DNA of 64,000 nt from Gammaproteobacteria bacterium (GTDB lineage: Bacteria; Pseudomonadota; Gammaproteobacteria; Ga0077536): assembly GCA_963662545.2 (NCBI GenBank), contig CAXXLL010000002.1, forward strand, positions 1,184,001 through 1,248,000. The letters run 5' to 3'. A program made the translations under genes and the position numbers. The notes under the pieces were generated by a model. It did no database searches and was not told the DNA's origin. It saw only the letters and a list, made by a program, of their open reading frames with translations. Below, piece after piece: positions 11,082 to 21,753 of this stretch. Numbering within the stretch: the stretch's first letter is position 1; each line of letters starts with the position of its first letter.

Positions 11082-11143
11082 TTCGCCGGCAAGCGGGCTC
11101 CTACGATCGGAATGACGTCCGTAGGAGCCCGCTTGCCGGCGAA
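11082..11143. repeat. GTAG-type REP doublet (REPIN-like)
   Basis: Perfect 24-bp inverted repeat TTCGCCGGCAAGCGGGCTCCTACG / CGTAGGAGCCCGCTTGCCGGCGAA. Confidence 0.9.
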
Positions 11144-11167
11144 TAACCTATCTGAACCCTATCGATC

Positions 11168-13465
11168 ATGAACGCCTTGTTTGACGCCTACCTCGCTTGG
11201 CTGAGTCGGCATTACCGCCTGACGACGGTCGTCGTTTCCGTGCTATTCGTCGCACTCGGCGCGGGCATGAGCGGCCTGTCGGTCACCAATGACATGCGTG
11301 CGTACTTCAGCGAAGACAATCCGCAGTTACTCGCGTTCGAGCGGCTCGAGGCCATCTTCGATCGTCAGGACGTGCTGTTCTTCATCGTCGTACCGCGTGA
11401 CGGTGATGTTTTCGATCGCGGTATTTTGTCTCTGGTTTACGAGTTGACCGAAGGCGGCTGGCAGATGCCGTACTCACGCCGCGTGTCGTCGCTGGCAAAT
11501 TATCAGCATACGCGCGCCGAAGGCGACGCACTCATCGTTGCGAACCTGATCCCCTCACCCGACGAATTGAGCGACGAACAGATAGAGACGATCCGGCGAA
11601 TCGCGCTCAGCGAACCCGATCTCCTCGGGGCCTCGGTCGCGCCGGCCGGCAGCGCGATAGCCATTCAGGTCCGGCTGACCCTGCCGGACGGCAAGCTCGA
11701 TGCGAATGATGAAGTGATGGCGTGGGTGCTCGAATTCATCGAGCCGCTGCGCGCGGCGCACCCCGAGGTCGAGATTCATATCGGTGGGACGGTAGTTGGT
11801 GACGTCGATCTCGGGCGCGCGGTGGCGCGCGACGTCTCGGAACTGGTCTCCTTGAGTTACCTCGTCATTCTCCTCGGGCTGATCGTGCTGCTGCGCCATG
11901 CGCTGGGCACGGCCGCTACCTTGCTGATCATCACGTTTGCCATCAGCGGCACGATGGGCATTTACGGGTGGCTCGGACTCACGCTCGAAGCCGTATCCGG
12001 ATTCGTGCCGAGCATCGTTATGACGATTGCGGTGGCAGACAGCGTGCACGTTATGACCAGCTATTATCACGAAGTGAATGCCGGCCGGCATAAGTTCGAC
12101 GCGGTTCGAGAGGCCTTGAGAGTCAATCTGAAACCCGTTTTCGTCACCAGCGTCACTACCGCCATCGGCGTGTTGATGCTGAACTTCAGCGACTCTCCTC
12201 CTTACCACGATCTCGGCAACATGGTGGCCATCGGGGTCATGTTCGCCTGGTTTCTTTCGATGACCTTGCTCCCGGGGCTCTTGATGTGGTTCCCTGCGCC
12301 CCGCGTTTCTTATTCGGCACGTCTCGCGGACCGCATCGTCGCCTTGGGCGAATGGGTCATACGCAAGCGGCGTCTCTTGCTCGTCGTGTTTGGCGTGGCC
12401 GGCCTCATCGTGGCGAGTTTCATACCGCGTAATGAATTGACCGAGGACTGGAACAGCTATTTCGATGAGACCTTCGAGGTGCGCCGCGCGTCCAATGCGC
12501 TCGATGCGCATTTCGGCTCAATCCACCAGTTGCAATACATTATCGATTCCGGCGTCGAACACGGCATCGACGATCCGGCGTACATCGCCGAGCTCGAGGC
12601 TTTGACAAAATGGCTGCGGGAGCAGCCCGAAGTGCAGCATGTGTCCTCGGTTTCGGATCTGCTGGAGCGGCTCAATATGAACCTGCACGGCGACGATCCC
12701 GCATGGCGCAAAGTGCCGGACGAGCGCGGCATGGTGGCGCAATACCTGCTGCTTTACGAAATGTCTCTGCCTATCGGCCAGGGGCTGGAAGACACCATCA
12801 ATGTGGATCGCTCAGCCACCCAACTCGCCGCCTCCCTCGCGCACAGCGACTCGGAAAATCTCCTGGCCTTCGATCGCCGGGTACAGGCCTGGCTTGCCGA
12901 ACACGCGCCGCACATACGACCGGTCGAGGCGACCGGTATCGACATGGTGTTTGCGCATATGAATCACCGCAACATTCGCGACATACTGCGCGGCGTGGCC
13001 GTCGGCATCCTCGGTATTGCGGTGGTGCTGATCTTCGCGCTGCAGTCGCTGCGCCTCGGGCTGTTGAGCCTGATGACCAACCTCGCGCCCGCGGCGCTGG
13101 CCTACGGGACCTGGGGCTTGTTCGTCGGGCAGATCGACATGTCCGCCTCGATCGTCATGTGCATGAGTCTCGGCATCGTAGTCGACGACACCGTGCATTT
13201 TTTAAGCAAGTACCGCTATGTGCGCACGCTCGATGGAGGGACAGTCGAAGACGGTTTGCGTTATGCGTTCAAAACGGTCGGCCTCGCCCTCGTGGTAACG
13301 ACCGTCGTGCTCGTCAGCGGCTTCGCGGTGTTGAGTGCGTCCCACTTCAGCCCGACGGTGCGGACCGGCACCTTGATGGCCATCACCATGAGCTATGCGC
13401 TGCTGATCGATTTTTTCGTGCTGCCGCCCCTCTTGATCATGGTCGAACGGCGTTTCGATGACTAG
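11168..13465 (+). CDS. MMPL/RND-family transporter
   Basis: 765 aa, two repeats of TM bundle plus periplasmic loop; IAVADSVH and GIVVDDTVHF motifs. Confidence 0.9.
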   Translation: MNALFDAYLAWLSRHYRLTTVVVSVLFVALGAGMSGLSVTNDMRAYFSEDNPQLLAFERLEAIFDRQDVLFFIVVPRDGDVFDRGILSLVYELTEGGWQMPYSRRVSSLANYQHTRAEGDALIVANLIPSPDELSDEQIETIRRIALSEPDLLGASVAPAGSAIAIQVRLTLPDGKLDANDEVMAWVLEFIEPLRAAHPEVEIHIGGTVVGDVDLGRAVARDVSELVSLSYLVILLGLIVLLRHALGTAATLLIITFAISGTMGIYGWLGLTLEAVSGFVPSIVMTIAVADSVHVMTSYYHEVNAGRHKFDAVREALRVNLKPVFVTSVTTAIGVLMLNFSDSPPYHDLGNMVAIGVMFAWFLSMTLLPGLLMWFPAPRVSYSARLADRIVALGEWVIRKRRLLLVVFGVAGLIVASFIPRNELTEDWNSYFDETFEVRRASNALDAHFGSIHQLQYIIDSGVEHGIDDPAYIAELEALTKWLREQPEVQHVSSVSDLLERLNMNLHGDDPAWRKVPDERGMVAQYLLLYEMSLPIGQGLEDTINVDRSATQLAASLAHSDSENLLAFDRRVQAWLAEHAPHIRPVEATGIDMVFAHMNHRNIRDILRGVAVGILGIAVVLIFALQSLRLGLLSLMTNLAPAALAYGTWGLFVGQIDMSASIVMCMSLGIVVDDTVHFLSKYRYVRTLDGGTVEDGLRYAFKTVGLALVVTTVVLVSGFAVLSASHFSPTVRTGTLMAITMSYALLIDFFVLPPLLIMVERRFDD

Positions 13466-13516
13466 TCTGCGGCGCAACCTATTGTGTGAAAGACGCGCTT
13501 GAAGCGCGCGCCCGGA

Positions 13517-13861
13517 TCAACCGACGAGTACTTCGCGGTATTGATCTTCGTTGAAGCCGACCAGGAGCGTCTTCCCGACCTTTACAACAGGCGCGCGCAG
13601 GTTGCCGGTCGGGCCGAGCATGGCGTCGACCACCTCATCCGCCGGCGCGCCCTTGGTCTTGAAGGTCGAGACCTTCTTGCCTTTCGACACGACGACTTTG
13701 TTGGCGGCGGACGCCAGATCGCGTGCGTCGCTACGGCCGAGCTTACGCGATGCGAGCACCGTTTCTTTGGGCACCAGCCCGTTGGCATCCATGAACTTGG
13801 ATGCTCTGCCGCAGCTGGTTCAGCCCTTGCGGTAGTAATACCAATTGATCTGACGGCTCAT
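13517..13861 (-). CDS. ArsC/Spx-like thioredoxin-fold selenoprotein (U14, UxxC)
   Basis: MSRQINWYYYRKG-TGA(13820-13822)-TSCGRASKF joins in frame to the 91-aa ORF containing GNLRAP...LLVGFN; SECIS-like hairpin 13785-13804. Confidence 0.85.
13785..13804 (-). promoter_or_regulatory. Putative SECIS element of the ArsC-like selenoprotein
   Basis: GCAUCCA-AGUUCA-UGGAUGC perfect 7-bp stem; loop begins 22 nt after the UGA. Confidence 0.75.
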
Positions 13862-14242
13862 CGGACATGCCCTGAAGTCGATTGCGGACGCCGGTGGCCC
13901 GGCGCACCTGCAGTTTATCATTGGCGCCTGGACAAACGCGGTCTCGACCGCGATTAACGAGAAAAAAATGCGACTTCGAGCGCTTTCGTCAGGCGGAATT
14001 CGCCGAGCGGGCTCTGGGGGCTAAGCGGCGGTATCGTGGTTGAGGTGGGCCGTTCGTCCGTGGACCGCGTCCACACCCGGATTTGAGCTGGAAGCTAATG
14101 GCGACAGGTTTCTCGAATTCAATAATTCATTACATATTATGTATAACTATATAATATATATAAATATATATAGGGTACATAAAGTTGATTCTAGTTTGCG
14201 ACAAGCCGGATTGTCCGTGCGAACGGGTTCGAGCGTGATCCG

Positions 14243-14977
14243 ATGACCGCGCCGGTTCTATACGAATTTCCGCATTCCCACTTTTGTGAAGTCGCCCGCT
14301 GGGCACTGGAGTACAAGGGCATCGAATATCGGTCCGTCTGCCTCCTGCCCGGGTTTCACGTTCAAAAAATGAAACGCCTGGCAACCGATTCCAGCGTACC
14401 CGTGCTGGTCGACGGCGGAGACGTCATTCAGGGCTCAGCCCGTATCGTCGACTATCTCGAACAGGTTCATCCGGATCGGCCCCTGACCCCGGCCGATGCC
14501 GGCGCGGTCGAGGAACTCGAGCGCGAGATCGCCGAGACCATCGGCGTACCGCTCCGACGGCTTTGCTACTATCATTTATTGCCGCACGCGGACCTCGTGC
14601 GCTATTTCTTCATGCATCGCGCAGGCAGGCTTGCGAATCTCGCGTTCAGAATGACCTACGGTGTTCTACGGAAAAAGATAACCGAGATCTATGACTGCAC
14701 GGAGAGCGGCGCTGAATCGGCCAAGGTGGAACTGGCGCGCGCGATCGATGCCTTCGATCGGCGCCTGGCTGAACGACCTTTTCTTGTGGGCGATGGGTTT
14801 TCCAGAGTCGACCTGACGTTCGCATCGCTCCTCGTGTTCTTGGTGATGCCGCCCGAATATCCAGTCAATTGGCCGCGCGAACTGGCCGGGAACGAGCTTG
14901 CGCAATGGTTCGACACCTTCCGCGACTCCAGAAGCTGTCGGCAGGTCGAATTTCTTTACGCCAACTATCGGCGCTAG
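14243..14977 (+). CDS. Glutathione S-transferase family protein
   Basis: SHFCEVARWAL, VPVL, QGSARI and FLVGDGFSRVDL motifs. Confidence 0.9.
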   Translation: MTAPVLYEFPHSHFCEVARWALEYKGIEYRSVCLLPGFHVQKMKRLATDSSVPVLVDGGDVIQGSARIVDYLEQVHPDRPLTPADAGAVEELEREIAETIGVPLRRLCYYHLLPHADLVRYFFMHRAGRLANLAFRMTYGVLRKKITEIYDCTESGAESAKVELARAIDAFDRRLAERPFLVGDGFSRVDLTFASLLVFLVMPPEYPVNWPRELAGNELAQWFDTFRDSRSCRQVEFLYANYRR

Positions 14978-15011
14978 GAAAACAAGGGAAAGAAAAATTT
15001 GACCTTGTCGT

Positions 15012-15806
15012 TCACCCGAGCCACTCGTCGATCAAGCCATTGATCTTCTCGGGATGGGTCTCCATGAACCAGTGCGCGCCGCCGGCGATACATTCGCTGC
15101 GTCCGGAAGTCGCATCGAGGATTTCGAGCCAGCGATCGGAATGAAACATCAGGGGTTTGTTGCCACCGTAAATAAACAGGATCGGACAAGCTGGCTTGTA
15201 ATAACCGAGCAACTTCCGGCGCGCCGACGGCAGCACAATGCCGCGCCACAGGTAGAAGTAGGGATAGTTGCACCGGGAACGCACACGACCCGCTTGCAGC
15301 CCTGGGACGCGTAGAAGGGCGGCGAATTTTCTCGTCAACCAGTTACCGAACGGCGGAATGACGCCACCGACCACCCAGCAACCGATCAAAACCCACTGGT
15401 ATCCGGCCATCATTAAGGCGTCTCTCGCGGACGCCGGCTTGACGTGACCGCCGATATCGAGGGTCACCATCTTGCGCACCCGTTCCGGGTGCTTTTTTTC
15501 ATACATATAGCCGAGGTAAGCGCCCCAGTCGTGCGTCACGAGCGCAACGGGTGCAGCGTCCGCTTGAACACGATCGATCGTCCGCGCGAGCCTGTCGACC
15601 AGGTCCGCGAAATCGCAGCCGCCAGACAGATCCGCCGTCGCGCCGAAGTTGGGCAGGGTGACGCTCACGCAGCGGAATTTTTGCTTGAGCGCCGCGACTT
15701 GCAGGCGCCAGAGGGTGGCATCGTCCGGCCAGCCGTGGACGAAGACGATTGTATTGCCCGTGTCCTCGCCTTCAACTTCATAGCTCAGTTCGGTCTGGTT
15801 ATTCAT
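15012..15806 (-). CDS. Alpha/beta hydrolase (epoxide hydrolase-like)
   Basis: HGWPD, HDWGA and AHW motifs; start taken at MNNQTELSY. Confidence 0.85.
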   Translation of the reverse strand: MNNQTELSYEVEGEDTGNTIVFVHGWPDDATLWRLQVAALKQKFRCVSVTLPNFGATADLSGGCDFADLVDRLARTIDRVQADAAPVALVTHDWGAYLGYMYEKKHPERVRKMVTLDIGGHVKPASARDALMMAGYQWVLIGCWVVGGVIPPFGNWLTRKFAALLRVPGLQAGRVRSRCNYPYFYLWRGIVLPSARRKLLGYYKPACPILFIYGGNKPLMFHSDRWLEILDATSGRSECIAGGAHWFMETHPEKINGLIDEWLG

Positions 15807-15916
15807 TACATTGCGAACACCGCAGGAAAACGCAGCATAGGAGTATAGGGCGAACAAAGCCTATCCATCGAGTATTCAAGCGAGAATGGAAGACCTGCGC
15901 TGCCGGGTGTCGCGGT

Positions 15917-15985
15917 GGGAAAAGGAGAAAAGGGGATGCACTTATTTAGGCGAGCCAGAAAAATAAGCGCTTCCCCCTTATTCCT
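15917..15985. repeat. Intergenic palindrome (REP-like or terminator)
   Basis: GGGGATGCACTTATTT ... AAATAAGCGCTTCCCC, 14/16 matching. Confidence 0.5.
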
Positions 15986-16016
15986 AATCTTCTGATCTAC
16001 CGCGATTAGAATATGT

Positions 16017-18089
16017 TCATTGTGCCGGGGTAATGGCAACGCGGTTGTCATGGAATGCCGCTCCGCCGGCGGGCCCTGCGGGATCGGCCCCGGTCAATAC
16101 ATTGATGCCGAGACCGGTCTTGAAGGCGTCGTTCGGCCACACGCTTTCAGCCACGACTACCCCTGGTTGAAGCCCGTCGAACAACTCCGCGTGGAGTTCG
16201 AGTGCGCCGCGTGCATTGCTGATTCGGATCGGGTCGCCGTCAGCAATCGACAAGCGTGCTGCATCGGCCGAGTGCATCATCAGCGTTGGCCGTCGTTCGC
16301 GGCGTTTGGAGGTTGGCGTTTCATTGAAGGTTGAATTGAGAAAATTGCGTGCGGGCGCGGTAACGAGGCGGAAGGGCAGTTCTTCGTTCGCCGTTTCGAT
16401 CGCATTCCAATGATCGGGTAGACGCGGCATTGCGTCCATCGTGGCGGGGCTAACGAAACCCTGCGGACCCATCGACGGCCAATTGGCCGCGAAGTGCCAG
16501 CGCTTATCCACGTGGCCAAAACCGTTTATAAAATGGGCTTCATCGAAGTCAGGTTGCGCATCCAGCCAACGTTGGCGTTCGAGATTTTCGAGATTTCCCC
16601 AGCCGGAGGCGTTGAGCGTCCAATCGATAATCTCACGCGGGTTCATGTTGAAGCCCCGGTGTTCCGCGCCAACGCGTTTGGCCAAAGCACAAATCACCTC
16701 GTGGTTAGAGCGGCATTCGCCAGGCGGCTCAACGATCTTCGGTCCGAATAGGATGTGCTGGTGGCCGCCGCTTTGGTAAAGGTCATCGTGTTCGAGAAAC
16801 ATTGTCGCCGGCAGCACGATATCCGCCATTTTTGCGGTTTCGGTCATAAATTGTTCATGCACGCAGGTAAATAGATCGGTGCGCGCGAATCCTCGTTGCA
16901 CGGTGGTGAGGTCCGGCGCTACGGACATCGGGTTGGTATTCTGAACTAGCAGCGCCGTAACCGGAGGCCCGTTGCCGAGCGCGAATTCTTCGCCAGTCAG
17001 TACCGCGCCGATGCGTGATTGATCAAGCAAACGTATTGTGGGGTCGCGGGCATCGAGCCCATCAATGAGCGTACGGTCCCAGTGATAGATTGCGCCATTG
17101 TTATGCAGTGCGCCTCCACCTAAATGCTGCCAGGACCCAGTGACAGCGGCAATCGAAGCCGCCGCATGCATGTTGACTGCGCCATTGCGCTGTCTAGCGA
17201 AGCCGTAGCCTAGGCGTAGAAATGTTTTGGGGTGTTGCCCTATCAGCGCGGCGAAACGTTCAATAGTCGCCGTCGGCACACCGCAGATGGCGCTCGCCCA
17301 CGCAGGTGTACGGGATGTGAGATGCGCTTCGAGATCTTCCGCGCAGTCCGTATAGCGGGCGAGGTAGGTGCGATCTGCATAGCCATCGCGAAATAGAACG
17401 TGCATGACTGCGCATGCGAGCGCGCCGTCAGTGCCCGGTTTTACGCATACGAAGAGGTCGGCTTGCTTCGCCGTGGCGTTACGATAAATGTCGATGACCA
17501 CAATTTTGGCGCCATGCTCGCGCCGCGCAGCCAAGGCATGAGCCATGACATTGATCTGCGTGGCGGCCGCATTGGTACCCCAGATCACGATGACATCGGA
17601 ATGCGCCATCTCGCGCGGGTCGACACCGCTGATGCGTCCGGCACCGGCAGCGTAACCGCTCCAGGCGAGCGTAGTGCAGATGGTTGCGTGTTCGCCGGAG
17701 TAGCGTTTGGTGTGCCGCAGTCGGTTTATACCGTCGCGCATCACCATGCCCATCGTACCGGCGTAGAAATACGGCCATACAGACTCCGATCCGTATGCCT
17801 GCTCGGCGGTGAGGAAGGCTTCAGCAACTTCGTCTAAGGCTGCGTCCCAGCTGATCGGCTCGAATTCTGCTGATCCTTTTTCGCCGCGCCGTTTAAGTGG
17901 TCGGGTGAGGCGATCCGGGTGATGAATGCGCTCGGCATAACGCGCTACTTTGCTGCAGATAACCCCGGCGGTGTAGCTATTGTCCCGTGCACCGCGCACT
18001 CGGCCAATGCGTTCAGGTGTGAGACGCTCGACTTCGAGCGCGCAGGTCGACGGGCAATCATGCGGGCAGGCGCTATAGAGGTAAGTCAT
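16017..18089 (-). CDS. Molybdopterin oxidoreductase family protein
   Basis: CPHDCPSTC...C Fe-S motif, WGTN, ETAKMADIVLPA, FLNSTF and C-terminal molybdopterin dinucleotide domain. Confidence 0.9.
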   Translation of the reverse strand: MTYLYSACPHDCPSTCALEVERLTPERIGRVRGARDNSYTAGVICSKVARYAERIHHPDRLTRPLKRRGEKGSAEFEPISWDAALDEVAEAFLTAEQAYGSESVWPYFYAGTMGMVMRDGINRLRHTKRYSGEHATICTTLAWSGYAAGAGRISGVDPREMAHSDVIVIWGTNAAATQINVMAHALAARREHGAKIVVIDIYRNATAKQADLFVCVKPGTDGALACAVMHVLFRDGYADRTYLARYTDCAEDLEAHLTSRTPAWASAICGVPTATIERFAALIGQHPKTFLRLGYGFARQRNGAVNMHAAASIAAVTGSWQHLGGGALHNNGAIYHWDRTLIDGLDARDPTIRLLDQSRIGAVLTGEEFALGNGPPVTALLVQNTNPMSVAPDLTTVQRGFARTDLFTCVHEQFMTETAKMADIVLPATMFLEHDDLYQSGGHQHILFGPKIVEPPGECRSNHEVICALAKRVGAEHRGFNMNPREIIDWTLNASGWGNLENLERQRWLDAQPDFDEAHFINGFGHVDKRWHFAANWPSMGPQGFVSPATMDAMPRLPDHWNAIETANEELPFRLVTAPARNFLNSTFNETPTSKRRERRPTLMMHSADAARLSIADGDPIRISNARGALELHAELFDGLQPGVVVAESVWPNDAFKTGLGINVLTGADPAGPAGGAAFHDNRVAITPAQ

Positions 18090-18424
18090 GGTAAATGTTT
18101 TATACGGTAGTTACGTCGATTATAAGCGTGTCGCCAGGCCGCCGCCCGTACGGCAGCGTTGTTGACGAACAAATGTGATTGGCCAGATTATGGTGTCGGA
18201 TTCTCGGATCCCACAGAATGTCCCGAGAAGTTAACGTGACATTACCCGGCCGAACCATGCAAATTTAATAGGTTTCCCATGTCCGCAGCGCCCGAGAATT
18301 GGCGGCACTTACCGCACGAATATTGCCGTAAGCGCTTGGCGCTGATTAAGTGGACGCGATAGTTCGAACTATTACAGCGTGCCTGAGCACTAAGCGCACA
18401 ATTTTTCTAGTGGCAGACTAATTA

Positions 18425-20121
18425 GTGTGCATCCCTAAACGCGATGCGGTTGAAATAAAAAGGAAAATTTGTCGCTTAAGGGATCGAAACCTCCGGTAGG
18501 TCGTGATCTAATGGAACTTCAAACCTCTGATTTTCCACACAATCATCGACACCACAGGAGGGGGAATGCGTCAGAAACGCACGGCCCAAGCGAGTATATA
18601 CGAGCTGTTTGCTGACCATGACCTGGGGCGAGAGCTGCAGGGCATGTCCGAGTGGCTCGATGCTCACCCCAAGGTCCTCACGCCGGTCATGAACGATCTG
18701 TGTCGGCGGGGTTTGAAGCCCACCGGTCGACGCGGACTGTCGGCGGAGTCGGTGCTGCGCTGCGCGGTGCTCAAGCAGCACCGGCAATTGAGTTACGAGG
18801 AGCTGGCCTTTCACCTGCAGGACTCGGCGAGCTTTCAGGCCTTCGCCCGGTTGCCGGGTAATGAACGTCCGAAGAAGTCTGCCTTACAGCGGGTGGTCTC
18901 GGCGATCCAGGTATCGACGTGGGAGTCTATTCATCGCGCCCTGCTGGCGACGGCGAAAGAGACGCGCATTGAGCCGGCACAGCGTGTACGGATTGATAGC
19001 ACGGTAACGGACAGTGCCATCCACGCGCCGAGCGACAGTCATCTGCTGTGGGATGGCGTGCGTGTTGTGGTTCGTCTGCTCGCACAGGCGCGCGAGTTGC
19101 CTGGCGCGCCGGAGTTGTGCTTCGTGAACCACACTCGATTGGCGAAGAAGCGTGCGCGGGCGCTGTGGTATGCGCGTGGTGCGAAGCAACGCCAACGTCT
19201 GTATCGCGATTTGATTGGGGCGACGCGTTCAACCTTGGAAGCGGTAGCGAGGGTACGTGAGCAGCTGCTGAGCCCGGGCGTCACCGGCGTTGAACTGCCG
19301 GACTGGCTAGCGCAGGTAGCGCACTACGAAACACTTGTTCTGCAGGTGATTTCGCAAACTGAGCGGCGGGTGTTCGGCGGTGAGAAGGTCCCCGCGAGCG
19401 AGAAGTGCGTGAGCTTGTTCGAGCCGCATACCGACATCATCATAAAGGGTGCGCGCGACGTTCAGTACGGACACAAAATCAATCTGGCTTCGGGGCGCAG
19501 TGGCCTCATCCTCGACGTGGTCATCGAGCGAGGCAATCCGGTCGATAGTCAGCGCTTCATGCCGATGCTCGAACGGCATCGAACACACTACGGGACGATG
19601 CCACGACAGGTCGCCGCCGATGGCGGCTATGCGAGCCTCGACAATCTCCGGGCGGCGAAAGCAGAAGGCATCGAAGACGTTGCCTTCCACAAGAAGCGCG
19701 GGCTCGCGATCGCCGACATGGTCAAGAGTCAGTGGGTCTATCGACGCTTGCGCAACTTCCGCGCCGGCATCGAGGCCGGTATCTCCTGCCTGAAGCGTGC
19801 ATACGGATTGGCACGTTGCACCTGGAAGAGCCTGCCGCACTTCGAAGCCTACGTGTGGTCTTCTGTGGTCGCCTACAACCTCAGCCTGCTCGCGCGCTAT
19901 CAACTCGAATAGCGACGTTCACTCGCACTAACTGACCTCCTCGATATCGTCGAACGGGCGACTTTGGGTTGCAGCGCTCTGCGGCCGGCGAACGTACTCA
20001 CAATTACGCTCGAAGAGCCCTTCGACCCCCACCGAACCGCCGCTACCGCTCCAACAACCTACTTTCAACACCTCGATTTCTCCGTGCCCATCGAAGAAAA
20101 TGCCTGTTTATGGACGGACAC
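18425..20121 (+). mobile_element. Insertion sequence (ISNCY/IS5-like DDE), 1697 bp, with 6-bp TSD TAATTA
   Basis: Ends GTGTGCATCCCTAAAC / GTTTATGGACGGACAC (imperfect IR); TAATTA at 18419-18424 and 20122-20127. Confidence 0.85.
18566..19912 (+). CDS. DDE transposase (ISNCY/IS5-like)
   Basis: RIDSTV, ADGGY and RAGIEAGISCLKR motifs. Confidence 0.9.
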   Translation: MRQKRTAQASIYELFADHDLGRELQGMSEWLDAHPKVLTPVMNDLCRRGLKPTGRRGLSAESVLRCAVLKQHRQLSYEELAFHLQDSASFQAFARLPGNERPKKSALQRVVSAIQVSTWESIHRALLATAKETRIEPAQRVRIDSTVTDSAIHAPSDSHLLWDGVRVVVRLLAQARELPGAPELCFVNHTRLAKKRARALWYARGAKQRQRLYRDLIGATRSTLEAVARVREQLLSPGVTGVELPDWLAQVAHYETLVLQVISQTERRVFGGEKVPASEKCVSLFEPHTDIIIKGARDVQYGHKINLASGRSGLILDVVIERGNPVDSQRFMPMLERHRTHYGTMPRQVAADGGYASLDNLRAAKAEGIEDVAFHKKRGLAIADMVKSQWVYRRLRNFRAGIEAGISCLKRAYGLARCTWKSLPHFEAYVWSSVVAYNLSLLARYQLE

Positions 20122-21386
20122 TAATTAAGCGGATGCAATCGCACCGGTAGTTCGCTGTAACCGCGAATAAAATTCGAGCATAGCCGTACCGGTTTCCCGA
20201 CGAGCTCGACATAGCGGAATCGTCGCATGATTTCCTCCCAGGTAAGTCTAAGCTGCATCTCGGCCACGCGGTTGCCCATGCAGCGATGAATGCCAAACCC
20301 GAAGGAAAGGTGGTGGCGTGCCCCTTCGCGATCGATGATCAAGTTATTAGGATCGCGAATAACCTCCGCGTCGCGGTTACCCGATATGTACCACATCACG
20401 ACTTTCTCATCTTTGCCGATGCGCTGGCCGCCGAGTTCAGTATCCCGCGTCGCACGGCGGCGCATGTGCACTATAGGAGTCTGCCAGCGAATCATTTCAG
20501 AGACCATATTCGGGATGAGTGAGGGATTGTCTCGCAGCTTTTCGTATTCGGCGGGAAACTGGTTCAGCGCGACAACGCCACCGGAAATTGAATTTCGCGT
20601 GGTGTCGTTACCGCCGACAATGAGGAGAATAAGCGTGCCCAAAAAGTCCATCGGCCGTGTAATCAGATCGCGTGTGCCCTCGGCATGGGCGAGCATTGAG
20701 ATGAGGTCGTTAGTGGGAGGCCGGTCGGCGCGTTCTTGCCACAGTGCGGCGAATGTTTCAATGCACTCGCCGAGCTCAATGCGCCGCTGTTCCTCGGTAA
20801 TTTTGAATGATCCTGTTAGTTCGGGCGTTGCGATCGCGATGTCGGACCAGTGGGTCAGTTTGCGTCTGTCTTCGAACGGAAAGTCGAACAAGGTCGCCAG
20901 CATTTGTGTAGTCAGTTCGATCGAGACGCGGTCGACCCAATCAAAGGTCTCCCCGAGTGGTAAATCGTCGAGGATCAATTGCACTCTTTCGCGGATGACC
21001 GGCTCCAGCGCCTTGAGATTCATCGGAGCGACCACGCCCTGGACGGCACCGCGTTCTCTTTCGTGGCGCGGCGGATCCATGGCTATGAAACTTTGAAGTT
21101 CGAAGTCCTCCGGCTGATCGGACAGCAAAATATTGGGTTCTGAGGAAAATATTTCATGGTTCTTCTCGACCTCGACAATGTCGTTAAACCGAGTCACGGA
21201 CCAGTAAGGCCCGAACGTACTATCGGCACAATAGTGCACGGGCGCTTCAGCACGCAGGCGCGCAAAAAACGGCCAGTGAGCATCGTTCTCATACAATTCC
21301 GCCTGGCTAACATCGATTTGAGCGAGCGGTACCTGACTGGGGTCGAGGTCAATCATGCGTGGCTTATTGTCGGCAAGTGCACCCAT
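20121..21386 (-). CDS. Cytochrome P450, CYP153-like
   Basis: FGPYWSVT, FIAMDPP, GGNDTT, EMIRWQTP and FGFGIHRCMG motifs. Confidence 0.9.
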   Translation of the reverse strand: MGALADNKPRMIDLDPSQVPLAQIDVSQAELYENDAHWPFFARLRAEAPVHYCADSTFGPYWSVTRFNDIVEVEKNHEIFSSEPNILLSDQPEDFELQSFIAMDPPRHERERGAVQGVVAPMNLKALEPVIRERVQLILDDLPLGETFDWVDRVSIELTTQMLATLFDFPFEDRRKLTHWSDIAIATPELTGSFKITEEQRRIELGECIETFAALWQERADRPPTNDLISMLAHAEGTRDLITRPMDFLGTLILLIVGGNDTTRNSISGGVVALNQFPAEYEKLRDNPSLIPNMVSEMIRWQTPIVHMRRRATRDTELGGQRIGKDEKVVMWYISGNRDAEVIRDPNNLIIDREGARHHLSFGFGIHRCMGNRVAEMQLRLTWEEIMRRFRYVELVGKPVRLCSNFIRGYSELPVRLHPLN

Positions 21387-21432
21387 GTAAATTACTCCGG
21401 GTCGTGCATCCTATTTGAAATATGGTCAGTGA

Positions 21433-21753
21433 TTACATTTGAAATTCGGGTAGACGCGCGACGAGGCCATCCAATTCGCCGCGTATCTCAATTTGGCAGG
21501 CGAGGCGGGAGGTCGGCGCTCGCTCGGGCGTGAGTTCGAGCATCGATCCCTCGGACGTACTGGGTTCGCCAACCTTGTCGTACCATTCCTCGGCGACAAT
21601 GATATGACAGGTGGCACAGGAACATTCGCCGCCGCAATCGGCATCGATCCCAGGCACCCCATTGTTAACGGCGGCCTGCATCAGCGACAAGCCGTTCTCG
21701 GCTTCAACTGCGTGTTCACTACCATCGTGTTCGATGAAAAGAATCTGCGTCAT
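21433..21753 (-). CDS. 2Fe-2S ferredoxin (putidaredoxin type)
   Basis: DADCGGECSCATCH and SRLACQI motifs; upstream of the P450. Confidence 0.95.
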   Translation of the reverse strand: MTQILFIEHDGSEHAVEAENGLSLMQAAVNNGVPGIDADCGGECSCATCHIIVAEEWYDKVGEPSTSEGSMLELTPERAPTSRLACQIEIRGELDGLVARLPEFQM

